A stretch of 62,223 nt of DNA from a virus (lineage: Duplodnaviria; Caudoviricetes): positions 1-62,223 of IMG/VR virus record IMGVR_UViG_3300014720_000037; one strand, written 5' to 3'. The notes beneath the pieces were generated by a model that was not told the origin of the DNA, searched no databases, and saw nothing but the letters and a program-made list of their open reading frames with translations. Every line of letters starts with the position of its first letter. The stretch's first letter is position 1. Shown one piece after another: positions 21,768-33,299 of the stretch. A program made the position numbers and the translations under genes.

Positions 21768-23302
21768 CTAAGAAGAATAAAGAGCCATTTCTAACAAATT
21801 AATTATACTTGAACTTTCTGTATAGAACCTAGCACTAATATTATAATCATATATATTGTTTAGTAATTCTATTAATTGAGATCTTTTTAACCTGTTTTCT
21901 ATAATATCTTTAAATGATCTATATAAAGACATAGTTTTATAAGATAAAGGTTTAGGTAATTCATCTTGAATATACCATCTACTATTTCCAATAGAATCAA
22001 ATACAAAATGAGTATAAGCTGCATGATGAGAATAAAAGACAGTTGATCTATTGTTGCTATCCTTAATATAAAAGTCTCTATAAGTTGTCTCATCATAAAC
22101 ATATGAAGTCATATAAACTTCTATATTATCCATACAATATTAAATTTAATAATTCAAGTACAATTAATAATCTATCTTTAAACTTTATAGTATTAGTACA
22201 TACTGTAAAAAAAAGAGTTAATATCTCTAATCAAAGTAACTAAATCATCTCTACTTAATAGTTTATTTGGTATTTGATTATAAGGTATATACATTCTTTG
22301 ATGGCCTTCAAACACATTATCAATATTGTAAAACCTTAATACATAAAAAGGTACAAATATAGTAGTAAAAGTATTATTTATACCTATATTATTACATATA
22401 GTAAAATAATAAACGTTCCAAGCCTCTTCTTGTATTGTGTTTTGATACTTATTAAAATTAAGCCCAATATAAATATGAGATTTAATTCTACTATTAGTAC
22501 ATATAAGCTTGTTAGTCTCCATATATTGCTAAGTCTAATAAATTAAGTATAATAGGCCCCTCTTTACTTTCTAATATCCTGTCATTAAAGTTATATATAT
22601 CATCACTAGTATTAATAAGATGTATGGTATCTATTATTTGTTGTCTTGTAAGAGGGGGCCTTTTAAAGAATGTCATTACATTAATCTTCTTTCTTATACT
22701 TATTATTTCTCTATATTTAACCCCCTTAACCTCATACAAGTTATACATATTTATAATAGATGGACTAATATAAAACTTAGTAGTAATAGTTTGTATAGGA
22801 TTTAGGTTATAAATATATTGACTAGTAAAGAATAAATCATTAGATAGCTCATCCTCTAGCTTAAAGAATAGATCTCCTTTATTACCATATACAAGTATTC
22901 TAGACATAATTATCATTACCTATTTGTATATTAATTATATATAGCTTGCTCTAATAAACTTATTATTATTAATCTTATATTCTCAGTAAATAAACTTGAA
23001 GATGAAGATTTTGTAATAAGCCAACTATTATTTATAATTTGATCTCTTTTTAATAAACTACATATTTCAGAAGAAGGACATATAACAAATGACTGACTTA
23101 GCTTTAAACCTAAGTTTTGCAAATTATAGTACTTAATAACTGATTCTTCTAAGTATACATTTGTTCCTGCAAATGTATTATAAGCATAATAAAACATACC
23201 ATAAGTATCTTTTGTAATATCTTCTATTAAAGTTATGTATATACTAGAGACATAATCATTTATAGGTATAGACTTGTATACTCTTATATTTTTACTAGAC
23301 AT
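21768..23302 (-). CDS. Four LLxMAIY-family paralogues (21768-22133; 22126-22522, frameshifted; 22512-22916; 22931-23302)
   Basis: LKRSQLI..LLEMALY; LSRDDLV..(+1 in an A8 run)..LLNLILY; LTRQQII..LLDLAIY; LKRDQII..LLEQAIY. Confidence 0.7.
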
Positions 23303-23307
23303 TACTA

Positions 23308-23868
23308 CTATATAGACTTAGCAATAGTGCTTAATAACTTACTATCATATTGCCCATTATAATTAGCCTTAAAGTATGACATAACATCTTTGATATTACT
23401 TAGTTTATTAGTACTAATAATAGTTCTAATATCACTCTCATCTAATTGTTTTGGTAGTAATGATTGTAGATATTCAATCTCCTCTACAAAGACTTGCAGA
23501 TTAGTATTAATAGGATCTAGTTCTAATATCTGTACAAGTGTTAACTCATCATATGTAATACTAACTTGTTTGTTATCTTCAGTAGTAATAATTAAAGCCA
23601 CCTTAGTACCAATATTAGAATCATTAGATCTACTAACAATTTTAATAGCGGCTTCCCTGTTAACTCTGATTCTCTTTTTAATAACGTCATAGAGATCATC
23701 ATTTGATAGATTAAACACTTCTAGATGTTTATCCTTAGCAACGGCTTTAAGAGCTGTTAATAGATTTGTTTTAAACTCATGCAGATTAGTTGTTAATCTA
23801 TTTTTTCTACCATCTATAACCTGTTCACCTAAATCTAAAATAGTATTATTCAGGCCCATATTATTCAC
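23308..23868 (-). CDS. GatB/YqeY-domain protein
   Basis: EIEYLQSLLPKQLDESDIR...KDVMSYFKANYNGQYD. Confidence 0.7.
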   Translation of the reverse strand: MNNMGLNNTILDLGEQVIDGRKNRLTTNLHEFKTNLLTALKAVAKDKHLEVFNLSNDDLYDVIKKRIRVNREAAIKIVSRSNDSNIGTKVALIITTEDNKQVSITYDELTLVQILELDPINTNLQVFVEEIEYLQSLLPKQLDESDIRTIISTNKLSNIKDVMSYFKANYNGQYDSKLLSTIAKSI

Positions 23869-24217
23869 TCCAAAGATCTAAACATTCAACTTTAATAAAA
23901 CCTCTTTCATAGCACCTCTTAGAAGGCATTCCATTAGCTTTAGCTTGTCTAACAGATACATGAGGACCACTATCAATATTAGATTCATGCATATAAACAT
24001 CAACAATATAAAACTTTAATCCTATCAGATTACTATATATTGCATTTTTACAGTTAAAAGTAACAGCAGTCCCAACAGTAAAAGGACTTAGATAATCATT
24101 AAGTAAATTATCTAAGTCTCTTTTATACTGTTCTTCTAACTGCCTAAGATGTTTTCTATGATCTCTAATATTGTTTAGTAGTTGATTATATTTACCACTA
24201 AACTCATTATAATCCAT

Positions 24218-25010
24218 CTATTTATTAGGCGTATTAATGATAACAGGAGGCTGATTTGTAGATCCACCAACATTAAACACAGCACTATTACCATTCCACT
24301 TATCAATGGCAGTCTTTTGTAATAGTGTAGGAGTTAGTGACTTGCTAATAATGTCATTATTCTCAGCAATAGTTCTAGCAGTTTGCAAATCAATTTGAGC
24401 CTGCTGTTGTTTCTGTAGTGCTATAGCCTTATTCTCAATAGCTTGTTGTACTTGTTCATCCAATACAAAACCAGTAATAGTAAATGATTGTAGAGATACA
24501 ACTGATTGGGCCTTCAAGTTCTCATTGATACCCTTTACAATCTCATCCAGCAATAGCAGCTTGATTACTAATAATCTGACTAATAGGATACTTAGCAACT
24601 ACTTGTTTAACCTCACCTAGTAGGATTGGTTGTAGTGCAAAGCTCTTAATAGTCTCACCATCTTTATCCCTATCACCAGTAAGTATTACTAACCTAGCAG
24701 TTTGAGCCGCATGAACACCATTAACATTGTAGTTAGCAGTAGCAGTAATAACTACTTGCTGACCATCTTGTGTTAATGCTTGAAACTTCTCAGGTACTGA
24801 CTTAGTACTAACATCTAACTGCTTAGTTGATGTTACAAAAGGCACCACAAGATTAAGACCAGGAGTTAGTACTTGTTCTTGTGCCTTACCAAACCTATAT
24901 ACAGTGTGTACTGTACCTTCTTGTACTGGCACAATAGCACCAAATCCTACAACACTAATAAATGCTGCAATTCCACCAGCTAGAATAGTTTGACCAACTG
25001 TAATTGACAT
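24218..25010 (-). CDS. SPFH/prohibitin (band 7) membrane protein split by a +1 frameshift near 24547
   Basis: N-terminal TM segment, PGLNLVVPF, QAIENK, coiled coil and KWNG. Removing one G from GCTGGATGAG joins the two ORFs. Confidence 0.8.
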
Positions 25011-25025
25011 AATTCTTTTCCTCTT

Positions 25026-25391
25026 TTATAGATACTTAATTGATAGATAATTGATTAATAAATGTAAGGTATTGTCCAAGATAATACATAACCAAACACC
25101 TAAGAATGGTGGTGTTGTTTCTGGATATACCTCACTTAATGCTTTAGCATTAAAGGTGCCAAATACATAATTCTTATAACTAGTTATGTAATTAGCAATG
25201 CCTAGATGATCAATAATAACATGTGTAAATGCTATTACAAATAAGGCATTAGAACTGGCTATTAATATAAAAGGTAATGTGTATGTAATACCGTGATAAA
25301 TGGCCCACCGCACATCACTCCTCTTATTAATAGCCATAGTGTGACTTTGAAGTATATAGTCACCAACTAAATGACATAGTAATTGTTCCAT
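25026..25391 (-). CDS. DUF3307-like membrane protein
   Basis: HLVGDYILQ...H...HVIIDH...DNTLH. Confidence 0.7.
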   Translation of the reverse strand: MEQLLCHLVGDYILQSHTMAINKRSDVRWAIYHGITYTLPFILIASSNALFVIAFTHVIIDHLGIANYITSYKNYVFGTFNAKALSEVYPETTPPFLGVWLCIILDNTLHLLINYLSIKYL

Positions 25392-25765
25392 TATATTAAT
25401 TAAATCTTCAATTGACTTGGTGTAAAGAAACCACCACTACAATAACTAATAGTAGTTCTTAGTCCATCTTTATTCTTAACTTCAAGTGGCACCATATAGA
25501 AGTGACCATTACCACAACCTAACAACTGTTTATCTTTAATTGATACAAGCTCTAAGTTGTTATTGTAAGCACTAATCTTAGTCTTTATATCATTGACTTG
25601 TTCTGCTGTTAATGAACTTGATAACATAGCAGATAAACCACCAATAGATATAATAATAAAAGCACCAATTAATAAATACAATGTAATAACATTAAAACAA
25701 ATTAAAAAGTATTGAGACCATTCTCTTTTAAACCTTTTAAACACAATTAATACCTCATATTAACT

Positions 25766-26507
25766 CTAATAATTAACCTTTAAATACTGTTCTATATACT
25801 CTTTATCTTGTGTGAACTCAGGTATATTATCATCTACAACCCACTTAGATCTAACACTATTATTAACAGTGTATGTAGTCTTTACAACACATCTACCTCT
25901 CTTCCAAGAAGTAGGTAGATCATTCCAATTCTTACCTTTAGCAAAGGTTAGATCTTGTACTTGTGACAATGATTTACCATTTAACTCCTTCTGTGAATAT
26001 AATGATTGACCTAATGAGTTAATACTGTTTCTAATAACATCTCTCTGTCTAGCAATAAAGTAGTTATTCACCTCTGCTTCTGGCAAGTTAAAAGCTCTAC
26101 TATCAAAGTATGCAGACCTTCTATTATCACCGCCCCCATATTAAATTACTATAAGTAGTAAACTCAACAGAGGCAATAGCAGCACTAATACTCTCTATCT
26201 TAGACTTGTTATAGTCAAACCAAGCCTCACTTGTTAGCTCTTTATAATCATGTAATAAGATGCTAATCTCATCACTCTGCAAATAAATTACTTGAGCACC
26301 TTGTATTGACTCTGCTAACTTAATAGCTGTTAGATTCATTACTTGTATAAAGTTACTATCAAACCTATCTTTAAGGGGTCTACAGTAGCTATGACCACAT
26401 TTCATATCTAATCTAATAATAACAGGGATATGTCTTGTTAAATAATATTGATGTCTTTTCTCATAAAACGTTTTCATCCTAGTCATAATAGGACAGTGTT
26501 TACTCAT
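25766..26507 (-). CDS. Thg1-like tRNA(His) guanylyltransferase / 3'-5' polymerase split by a +1 frameshift in a G5 run near 26136
   Basis: IIRLD, QSDEIS, and in the second frame AYFDSRAFNLP, YFIARQRD..RNSI and WKRG. Confidence 0.85.
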
Positions 26508-26806
26508 ACTTAATACCTCATATTTAATTACTATTATTACTACTATTCATTGCTTCTATTACATAGATCATTGATTCAAAGAAGGCGGGATATTTAGCCA
26601 ACTCCTTATCAATAACATCTAAATCATCATTTGTTATTACAGCTTTATTAGCCAACTCATTATATACAACTTGTATAAACATAAACTCTTGTTGAAGCTT
26701 ATAATACACCTTATATGTAAGCTTACCTATTAATAAGACAGAGTGGTTAGAGGTCTTATTAAACTCTAACCACAACTTACAACATTGTATGTATTGTATG
26801 TGCCTA

Positions 26807-27304
26807 CTAGTCATCCACTTCGACATTAGGAAGACTAACAACATCTAATATTAGATCAGCCTTCTTTCTATTATGTTCTTTATCATTGTCAGATAGATCA
26901 TTATAAGGTGTATTAGCCCTATCTAACTCATCAGGTGTGGCTCCTTGTAATGATAAGACATCATTAGCCCATATATCATGTGATAAAGATGCTAATTCTT
27001 CTCTAAGTGCTTCAGCATCTACCCAAGCATCATCAGAATCAACAATTTCTTGTAACTTGTCTTTTAGTTGCTTATTCTCCTCTTCCAAATCAGTAATTTC
27101 ATGATTCCAACCAAAAGCCCAAGTAGCTATAATAAAGTTCCAGACTACATTCCAAATAGGACCAGTATTAAATATACTGATAATAGCAACAATAAGACTA
27201 AGCGCTTTATAGTATTTGTTATAAGCAAAGAAGTCCAACATTGCTAATGTGTATCTACTAGCCTTTCTAAGCAGCCAACTGCTAATTGATTTGATAAGTG
27301 TCAT
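26807..27304 (-). CDS. Membrane protein with a C-terminal RyR-like domain
   Basis: LASLSHDIW...PYNDLSDNDKEHNR. Confidence 0.5.
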   Translation of the reverse strand: MTLIKSISSWLLRKASRYTLAMLDFFAYNKYYKALSLIVAIISIFNTGPIWNVVWNFIIATWAFGWNHEITDLEEENKQLKDKLQEIVDSDDAWVDAEALREELASLSHDIWANDVLSLQGATPDELDRANTPYNDLSDNDKEHNRKKADLILDVVSLPNVEVDD

Positions 27305-27837
27305 GTTATTTAATTTCCTCTAAATAGTTTATTGTTTGTTCTTTTAAATAGGTTATTGCTTGTTCTCTTGTATCAAAGAACTTATCCTTTGATGCTGTAT
27401 TAATCACATCATTAATAAAGACAGTACCTCTACTATCATTAGGACTAATATAATGTACATACTCCATAAGAGTATAGTCATAATCTTTATCACATTCTTG
27501 TTCTAGCATTGTTGCTATATGATCAATATAAACAAGATTTATATATTGATCATATAGCAACAATGCTAGAAGGGGCCTTCATCCTTATTACCTTCTTTTA
27601 AGTCTTTATATATTCTATTATCTCTACAGCTAACCTTATCTAAGTTAGCAAGAATGATGTCAGTTATAAGTTGTCTTATATGATCATATCTTAATTCATC
27701 ATCTGTATACTTATAGTCAGAGCATTCAGATTCTAACTTGTATATAGTATAAGGCACCACCTTTAACTTAGACTTAACAAGAGCTAATACTGAGTCAGAT
27801 AAGCCTTCATCTTCTAAGTAGTAATCAATATTAATTG

Positions 27838-28410
27838 TCATATAGTAAAAGTATCTCCATGTGTTACAACACCATCTAGTATTAGTTGTATTACATCTAC
27901 TGCTTTTTGTATTGACTTATTAGTAGCTTCTATGTCTGGCTCCTCACCTAACACATAATCAATAATAGATTGACCATTATTAGGACTACCAATACCAACT
28001 TTAACTCTAGTAAAGTCTTCAGTTTGTAGGCTCTGTATTATTGATTTAACACCATTATGACCACCACTAGAACCACCTTCTCTAACCCTAATAGTACCAA
28101 TTGGTAAACTAATATCATCATATACAACTAATATGTTAGCTGGTTTAATGTTTAGTTCTGTCATCACTTTTAGAAGGGGCCCACCACTATCATTCATGCC
28201 AGTAGCTGGTTTAAACATATACACTAGTTGTTTATAACCAATGTATAACCATCCATCCATATTGTGATTAAACACATTATTAGAAGTCCAAATGCCATGC
28301 TTATCAACAAGACTATCAATCACTCTATAACCAATATTATGTTTAGTATTAGAGTATTTAGGCTCTGGATTACCAAGGCCAGCTATTAGTTTTATATTAC
28401 TTATTGTCAT
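27838..28410 (-). CDS. pth: Peptidyl-tRNA hydrolase
   Basis: GLGNPEPKYSNTKHNIG, MNDSG, VYDDISLP and GGHNGVKS. Confidence 0.93.
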   Translation of the reverse strand: MTISNIKLIAGLGNPEPKYSNTKHNIGYRVIDSLVDKHGIWTSNNVFNHNMDGWLYIGYKQLVYMFKPATGMNDSGGPLLKVMTELNIKPANILVVYDDISLPIGTIRVREGGSSGGHNGVKSIIQSLQTEDFTRVKVGIGSPNNGQSIIDYVLGEEPDIEATNKSIQKAVDVIQLILDGVVTHGDTFTI

Positions 28411-28729
28411 TATTGTTAACCTTATATATTAGTGGATATGGACTGTCTATTGGATAGTCTTTATTATGGGTAAAGCCCCATCTAAAATACCAGTTAAACA
28501 AGGCCTCATAACTTAGACTATTACTATAATACTTAGTAAGATTGACAGGAACTAGTACTATGTCTTTACATTGTAGTTGACAGTATTCTATTATCTTAGA
28601 CAGTAGAGCAGAAGCATAACCTTTACCTCTATAATCATCTTTAATAACAAGGACATCAACTACAATGTAAGGGTCTTTAACCCACAACATAGCATATCCA
28701 TGTTTAGTGTTAATAGTTATATAAGACAT
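28397..28729 (-). CDS. GNAT acetyltransferase-like protein
   Basis: YRGKGYASALL and WYFRWGF. Confidence 0.7.
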   Translation of the reverse strand: MSYITINTKHGYAMLWVKDPYIVVDVLVIKDDYRGKGYASALLSKIIEYCQLQCKDIVLVPVNLTKYYSNSLSYEALFNWYFRWGFTHNKDYPIDSPYPLIYKVNNNDNK

Positions 28730-28744
28730 TAGTAATAACTACTA

Positions 28745-30452
28745 TTAATCTTCATCATCATAGTAAAATTCATTCTCATCATCACTATTATCATTGGAAG
28801 GCCCTCTATACAAGATCTTATCAATCTCACCTTGATCATATGTATATTCTTCTAAAGGAGTATAAGTAGTACATCTAATCTTACTATTGTTATAGTCTTT
28901 AGGAATAGCAACAATATCAGTTGGATCTAGCTCACAAAGTAGTATTGCATCTCTACCATTAACAGCACTACCATAGTGAGGTAGATATTGCCAAGCGCAT
29001 AAGTGTCAACTCTGTTATCTTAAAGGCTTTTTATCCTTTAATTCTAATCCTTTCGGTTTATAATGATTTAATAAATAATTATTATATTTTCTATCTATTG
29101 ATAAACATCCAGGGTAATAAATTTCAGATAAGAATTTATTACCACTTACTTTTAAAGTTAACTTATAAGTATTATTTTGTTTACTAATAGAAAAACAATT
29201 TCCATAATTATTTAATATGTATTGACCTAATTGATTAATAAAGGTTTCACTTGCGGATATTATACAAGCTTGTCTACTTAAACAGCCATCTCCATCCCAA
29301 CAACCTCTTATTAAATCAAACATATAAATACTATTTATATTAGGTAAACTAACCGTAAAAGATTTCTTTTGAGTAATTGAATATTTCTCTAAATCTTTAA
29401 CCATTTGTTTACATCCAATACACAACAAAACATATTTATATTCTATTACTTTAAAACAATAATTATCTACACCTAAATCTAAAAGAAATTTATCTAATAT
29501 ATCTTTATCTTTTATATGTAACTTTATATTTACTGTTTTGCCTTGATGAATATACCCATCACTTAAAATAAGCCCAAGAAAATAAGCTTTATTTGAGGTG
29601 TCTATATTTTCAAAGTAATTTTTAGGCCAATTGTATTTAATCATTAAATATTAGTTCAGACTATCTTTTCATCCTATTATACTATAGGATGTCCCTGCCT
29701 CGTGGATTTATTATATTCTGATATTTCTATCAGGTTCAAAATCTAGTCGTTGCACCTGACTAATATATTACTATTAGCCTTCAGTTGCTGATTACCATAT
29801 ACCATATTAAGTACTTAGGCTTCCAGTTTATTTCAGGGATTTATTACCTACTAATCACTTAGTAGGAGGCCACACAGTTTAGCCCATATGAACATGTCTT
29901 TTCAATGTCATCATCAACTAGTCTTCTTTCTACTTGTACAGGTTTTCCTAATTCATTCTTAAACTTACCAGTGTACAAATCAACAAACACATTAGGATCA
30001 CTAGTTCTTTTAACAATCTTATACATGATTAGATTGCCCTTCTCATTAATAACAATGTTGTTATGACTAATAAAGTCAAACAAGCAGTTATTAACTCTAT
30101 AACTAGGATTAAGTTTAAGCTTTTCCCAGAACAATATTAAAGGTTGTACTGATGCTTCATCTTGTTTGAACATAGCAACAAGAGACTTAATTAAAGCTGT
30201 AGGTAGTGCCTCTTGTTGGCCCTCTTTATTAATATAAGTAACAACACCATCTACTATTGATAGGCCTTGATTATTGTACTTATTATTAATATTAGTAGCG
30301 GGGTCTAACAAGTCTTCTAACCCTTTAACATCTCCCTCTTTAATAAGAGTTAAAGCAGTTTCATATCTACTATCTGATTGATAGATTACAAAGGGCCTAC
30401 CCTTAACAATTGTATTTAATCTATCACTATGAATGTTATATGGAATGGCCAT
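28745..30452 (-). CDS. rIIB: rIIB-like protein, two exons (30452-29881 and 29006-28745), 277 aa when spliced
   Basis: Splicing restores TCSYGL|HLCAWQYLPHYG...DPTDIVAIPKDYNNSKIRC, the rIIB C-terminal motif. Directly follows rIIA. Confidence 0.85.
29007..29880 (-). mobile_element. Group I self-splicing intron, 874 nt
   Basis: The 5' exon ends in U and the intron ends in G. P1 is GGGCU/GGCCU, P10 is GUGU/ACAC and P7 is GACUA/UAGUC. Core-like segments are AAUCAGCA, GCAACGACUAGA and AAGAUAGUC. Confidence 0.9.
29015..29644 (-). CDS. Intron-encoded two-motif LAGLIDADG homing endonuclease
   Basis: AYFLGLILSDG and LIRGCWDGDG. Confidence 0.9.
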   Translation of the reverse strand: MIKYNWPKNYFENIDTSNKAYFLGLILSDGYIHQGKTVNIKLHIKDKDILDKFLLDLGVDNYCFKVIEYKYVLLCIGCKQMVKDLEKYSITQKKSFTVSLPNINSIYMFDLIRGCWDGDGCLSRQACIISASETFINQLGQYILNNYGNCFSISKQNNTYKLTLKVSGNKFLSEIYYPGCLSIDRKYNNYLLNHYKPKGLELKDKKPLR

Positions 30453-32400
30453 TATTATTACCTCTAAAGCTGTCTTCTAACATGATATATCTTTCTAAAT
30501 AGTCAGACTTAATATCTTGTCTAAATAGTGGATATAGATTATATATATCCTTTAATAGATCTTTCAAATTAAAAGATGCTTCTGGAACATCAATAACATT
30601 ATTAATAATAAGATTATCAATAAATTTACTATGTCTACCCTCATAAAACCTATTAAACTTAATAGCTTCATTTAAGTATTTAGTAATAATATGATTAGGA
30701 TTGTTAGTTATAAAAGAGGCTAAGATAGAGGGCTTATTAAAAGTTACATTATATACCTCATATGACTTATATATTAGATAGTTAGAATCAATGTCTTTTA
30801 AATAACCTCTAAGCATATTATGACCACATGCCCAATGATCTTTAACATAATCAACATGACTTGTTATGTATAAATCACAATTAAAGTAGTCAAATAAACG
30901 CCCCCTAAATATAGGATCTTTTGCTACATACTTATAATAAAAGTCCATTGACAGATATGTATAAGACTCATTCAAATCAATGTTTAACTCTCTACCTAAA
31001 CCCTCCAATCTAGACAATCTATAACACTTCTTAGTAGTGCTAATAGTTCTAGTTCTAGTTGTCTTACTAGTAGGAGGTGCTATTGTAATCACAGAGGATA
31101 GAGGTGTTAAATTATAGAAGCTATTATCAATATTATTAACAATAACAACTTTAGTTAGATCTATATTTAACTGTGCTTTTAAAGCCTTAGTTGGCACCTC
31201 ATATGACAAGTCATTATAATAAAATGTATTATTTTTATTAGAAGAATCAAAGTAAACTGTCTTATTATCTTGTCTTAAATGATTATCCTTTTTATTAGAT
31301 CTAAACGTAGTAACACTTTTAAGCCAAACGTCTGTATTAGGCAATGTTTTACCCTTCCAAGTAAAAGGCACATTATCTAAGTTATTCTCTAACAAGAACT
31401 TAGACACTTGAGTTATAGAGTTAAACTCTAACAAAGAATTAGTAACAAACTCCTTATGATCTTCTACAACTTGATTAATACAACTACATATAAACTGTTT
31501 AGTTCTAGTGCTAAGTTGAATTGACTTGTCTGCTGCTTGATCCACAGCACCAATAGGAATATCCAATACTATAGTTTTATTATTAGATATAGTATTAAAG
31601 TATTTATTTACTTCTAGGACATTGTTTAACAACATATTAAAGTCATAGAAGTTTAAGTTATTTGGTAGGCCCCCTATAAGACCTAACAATTTACTACTAT
31701 ACCTACCTTTATTATTAACAGCTTTAAATGACTTATAAGCCAGATCAAACTTACAAGGCACAACTAATTCCTTATTAATAGTAATAGGAGTAGTAACATA
31801 TTCAACCGTCTCTCTAACATACTGTTCAACTAAGGTAAAGTCCTCTTTTTTAATAGGATAACTAATAGTAACACCAGTACCTTCTTGTGTTATCTCTTCT
31901 AATAAGAATGAAACAAAGACCTTATTATTATCATTAGATACAACATATTCTCTTCTAACATTAGTATATTCCCCTTCAAACAGTTCACTAGTTATGCTTA
32001 CAACAGTGAACAAATCAGCATAGGCTAGAGGTGACATTCTGCCAATTCCAATGCCTCCGAGTGAAGTATTATCTGAAGACTTAGTTGAAAGACCCACCTT
32101 AGTATAATCATTTAACATAAAGTCTTTAGACATACCATTAGCCCAATCTCTAATAATAAGATTAGAGTTAAAGTAGTTAGGTAAAGTTATGTCAACTGAC
32201 TTTTCTACATTAAACTTATTATGTTCATCTAAACTGTTAGACAGAGATTCTCTAATGCTTGCTAGAAGGGGGTTCTTATAGATATTATTTCTAAGCAAGC
32301 TAATGATTAGACCAGCTTGTTGTTCATCAATTGAGAACACCACTTGATCCATATTAGAAGCAAATGGTTGATTAATTGTTGGAATCATAATTAAGTACAA
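30436..32400 (-). CDS. rIIA: rIIA-like protein with a GHKL ATPase domain
   Basis: IRESLSNSLD, RDWANGMS, STK, GGIGIG and GTGV. Upstream of rIIB. Confidence 0.8.
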   Translation of the reverse strand: MYLIMIPTINQPFASNMDQVVFSIDEQQAGLIISLLRNNIYKNPLLASIRESLSNSLDEHNKFNVEKSVDITLPNYFNSNLIIRDWANGMSKDFMLNDYTKVGLSTKSSDNTSLGGIGIGRMSPLAYADLFTVVSITSELFEGEYTNVRREYVVSNDNNKVFVSFLLEEITQEGTGVTISYPIKKEDFTLVEQYVRETVEYVTTPITINKELVVPCKFDLAYKSFKAVNNKGRYSSKLLGLIGGLPNNLNFYDFNMLLNNVLEVNKYFNTISNNKTIVLDIPIGAVDQAADKSIQLSTRTKQFICSCINQVVEDHKEFVTNSLLEFNSITQVSKFLLENNLDNVPFTWKGKTLPNTDVWLKSVTTFRSNKKDNHLRQDNKTVYFDSSNKNNTFYYNDLSYEVPTKALKAQLNIDLTKVVIVNNIDNSFYNLTPLSSVITIAPPTSKTTRTRTISTTKKCYRLSRLEGLGRELNIDLNESYTYLSMDFYYKYVAKDPIFRGRLFDYFNCDLYITSHVDYVKDHWACGHNMLRGYLKDIDSNYLIYKSYEVYNVTFNKPSILASFITNNPNHIITKYLNEAIKFNRFYEGRHSKFIDNLIINNVIDVPEASFNLKDLLKDIYNLYPLFRQDIKSDYLERYIMLEDSFRGNNNGHSI

Positions 32401-32445
32401 ATAAGGTTAACAGATTACCCCTTAATTAGCACATTAATTACAGAC

Positions 32446-33027
32446 TTAATTAGCTTTAACTTGTTTATTTAATAACTCATTAGACAATCTAAGATCTTCT
32501 AATTCAATGCCTTGCCAAGTTACTTCATTGAACAGATAAAACAATCTACAAGCAACATAATTAAAATCTTTTAACTTATTAATAGGCAACCATTCATTCT
32601 TAGAAATAGATTCAAAGAAGGTGCCATCTTGTTGACCATTAACGTTTAAAGATGAATCAACAAAGGCATAGAACATATGAACTAATTCATCAGACTGAGT
32701 ACCAACTAGATAGTCAAACAAATAAATTGGAGTTACACTATAACCACTTTCTTCTAACACCTCTCTAGTAGCAGCTTGTAATGGTGTTTCTCCTTCATCT
32801 ATTGAGCCAGTAATAGGACAAGGGAATAACTTTTGTTCACTATCCAAATCAGCATTGTGTCTAGGTAGAGGCTGCCATCTAACAAGGACCAACTGTTTAG
32901 CCAAGTCAACTAAGAAGACAGCAACAGAGTCTCTACCTTTTCTTCTACTGTAATAAAACTTATTAGGCGTTTCTATTAGTTCCAACCAACCACCAGGGCT
33001 AGTATAAACAACTTGTTCTTTAGACAT
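32446..33027 (-). CDS. Nudix hydrolase
   Basis: Nudix box GSIDEGETPLQAATREVLEESG. Confidence 0.9.
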   Translation of the reverse strand: MSKEQVVYTSPGGWLELIETPNKFYYSRRKGRDSVAVFLVDLAKQLVLVRWQPLPRHNADLDSEQKLFPCPITGSIDEGETPLQAATREVLEESGYSVTPIYLFDYLVGTQSDELVHMFYAFVDSSLNVNGQQDGTFFESISKNEWLPINKLKDFNYVACRLFYLFNEVTWQGIELEDLRLSNELLNKQVKAN

Positions 33028-33299
33028 ATATTAATACGTTATTATTATTTACTATTATTTTCTATACAAACACTTATCATTTCCACAATACTTCTCTGCA
33101 ATATCCCTATCTGTTTCACCACACTCTTTACATTTAAAAGCAGTAATAGGAATTAGTAATATGGCCCGTTTAAATGGCCCTTTATTATTCAATTTAACAG
33201 GTTGATTATTAACCCTATCAACAACACAACAAGACATATATAATACTCCTTTAATTACTTTATATAACAACTATTATTTAACTACAACCTAACTACAAC

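Noticed and set aside
24218-26507. Programmed frameshifting or TGA recoding in the SPFH and Thg1 genes
   Set aside because: The continuations are in a different frame, so this is not stop readthrough. Single extra bases, mostly in homopolymer runs, also split genes near 18733, 18869, 22207 and 61341, which fits sequencing indels. Raw reads would settle it.
29859-29880. C-terminus NCVASY* of ORF 29859-30452
   Set aside because: It is read-through into the intron. The real C-terminus is exon 2 at 29006-28745.
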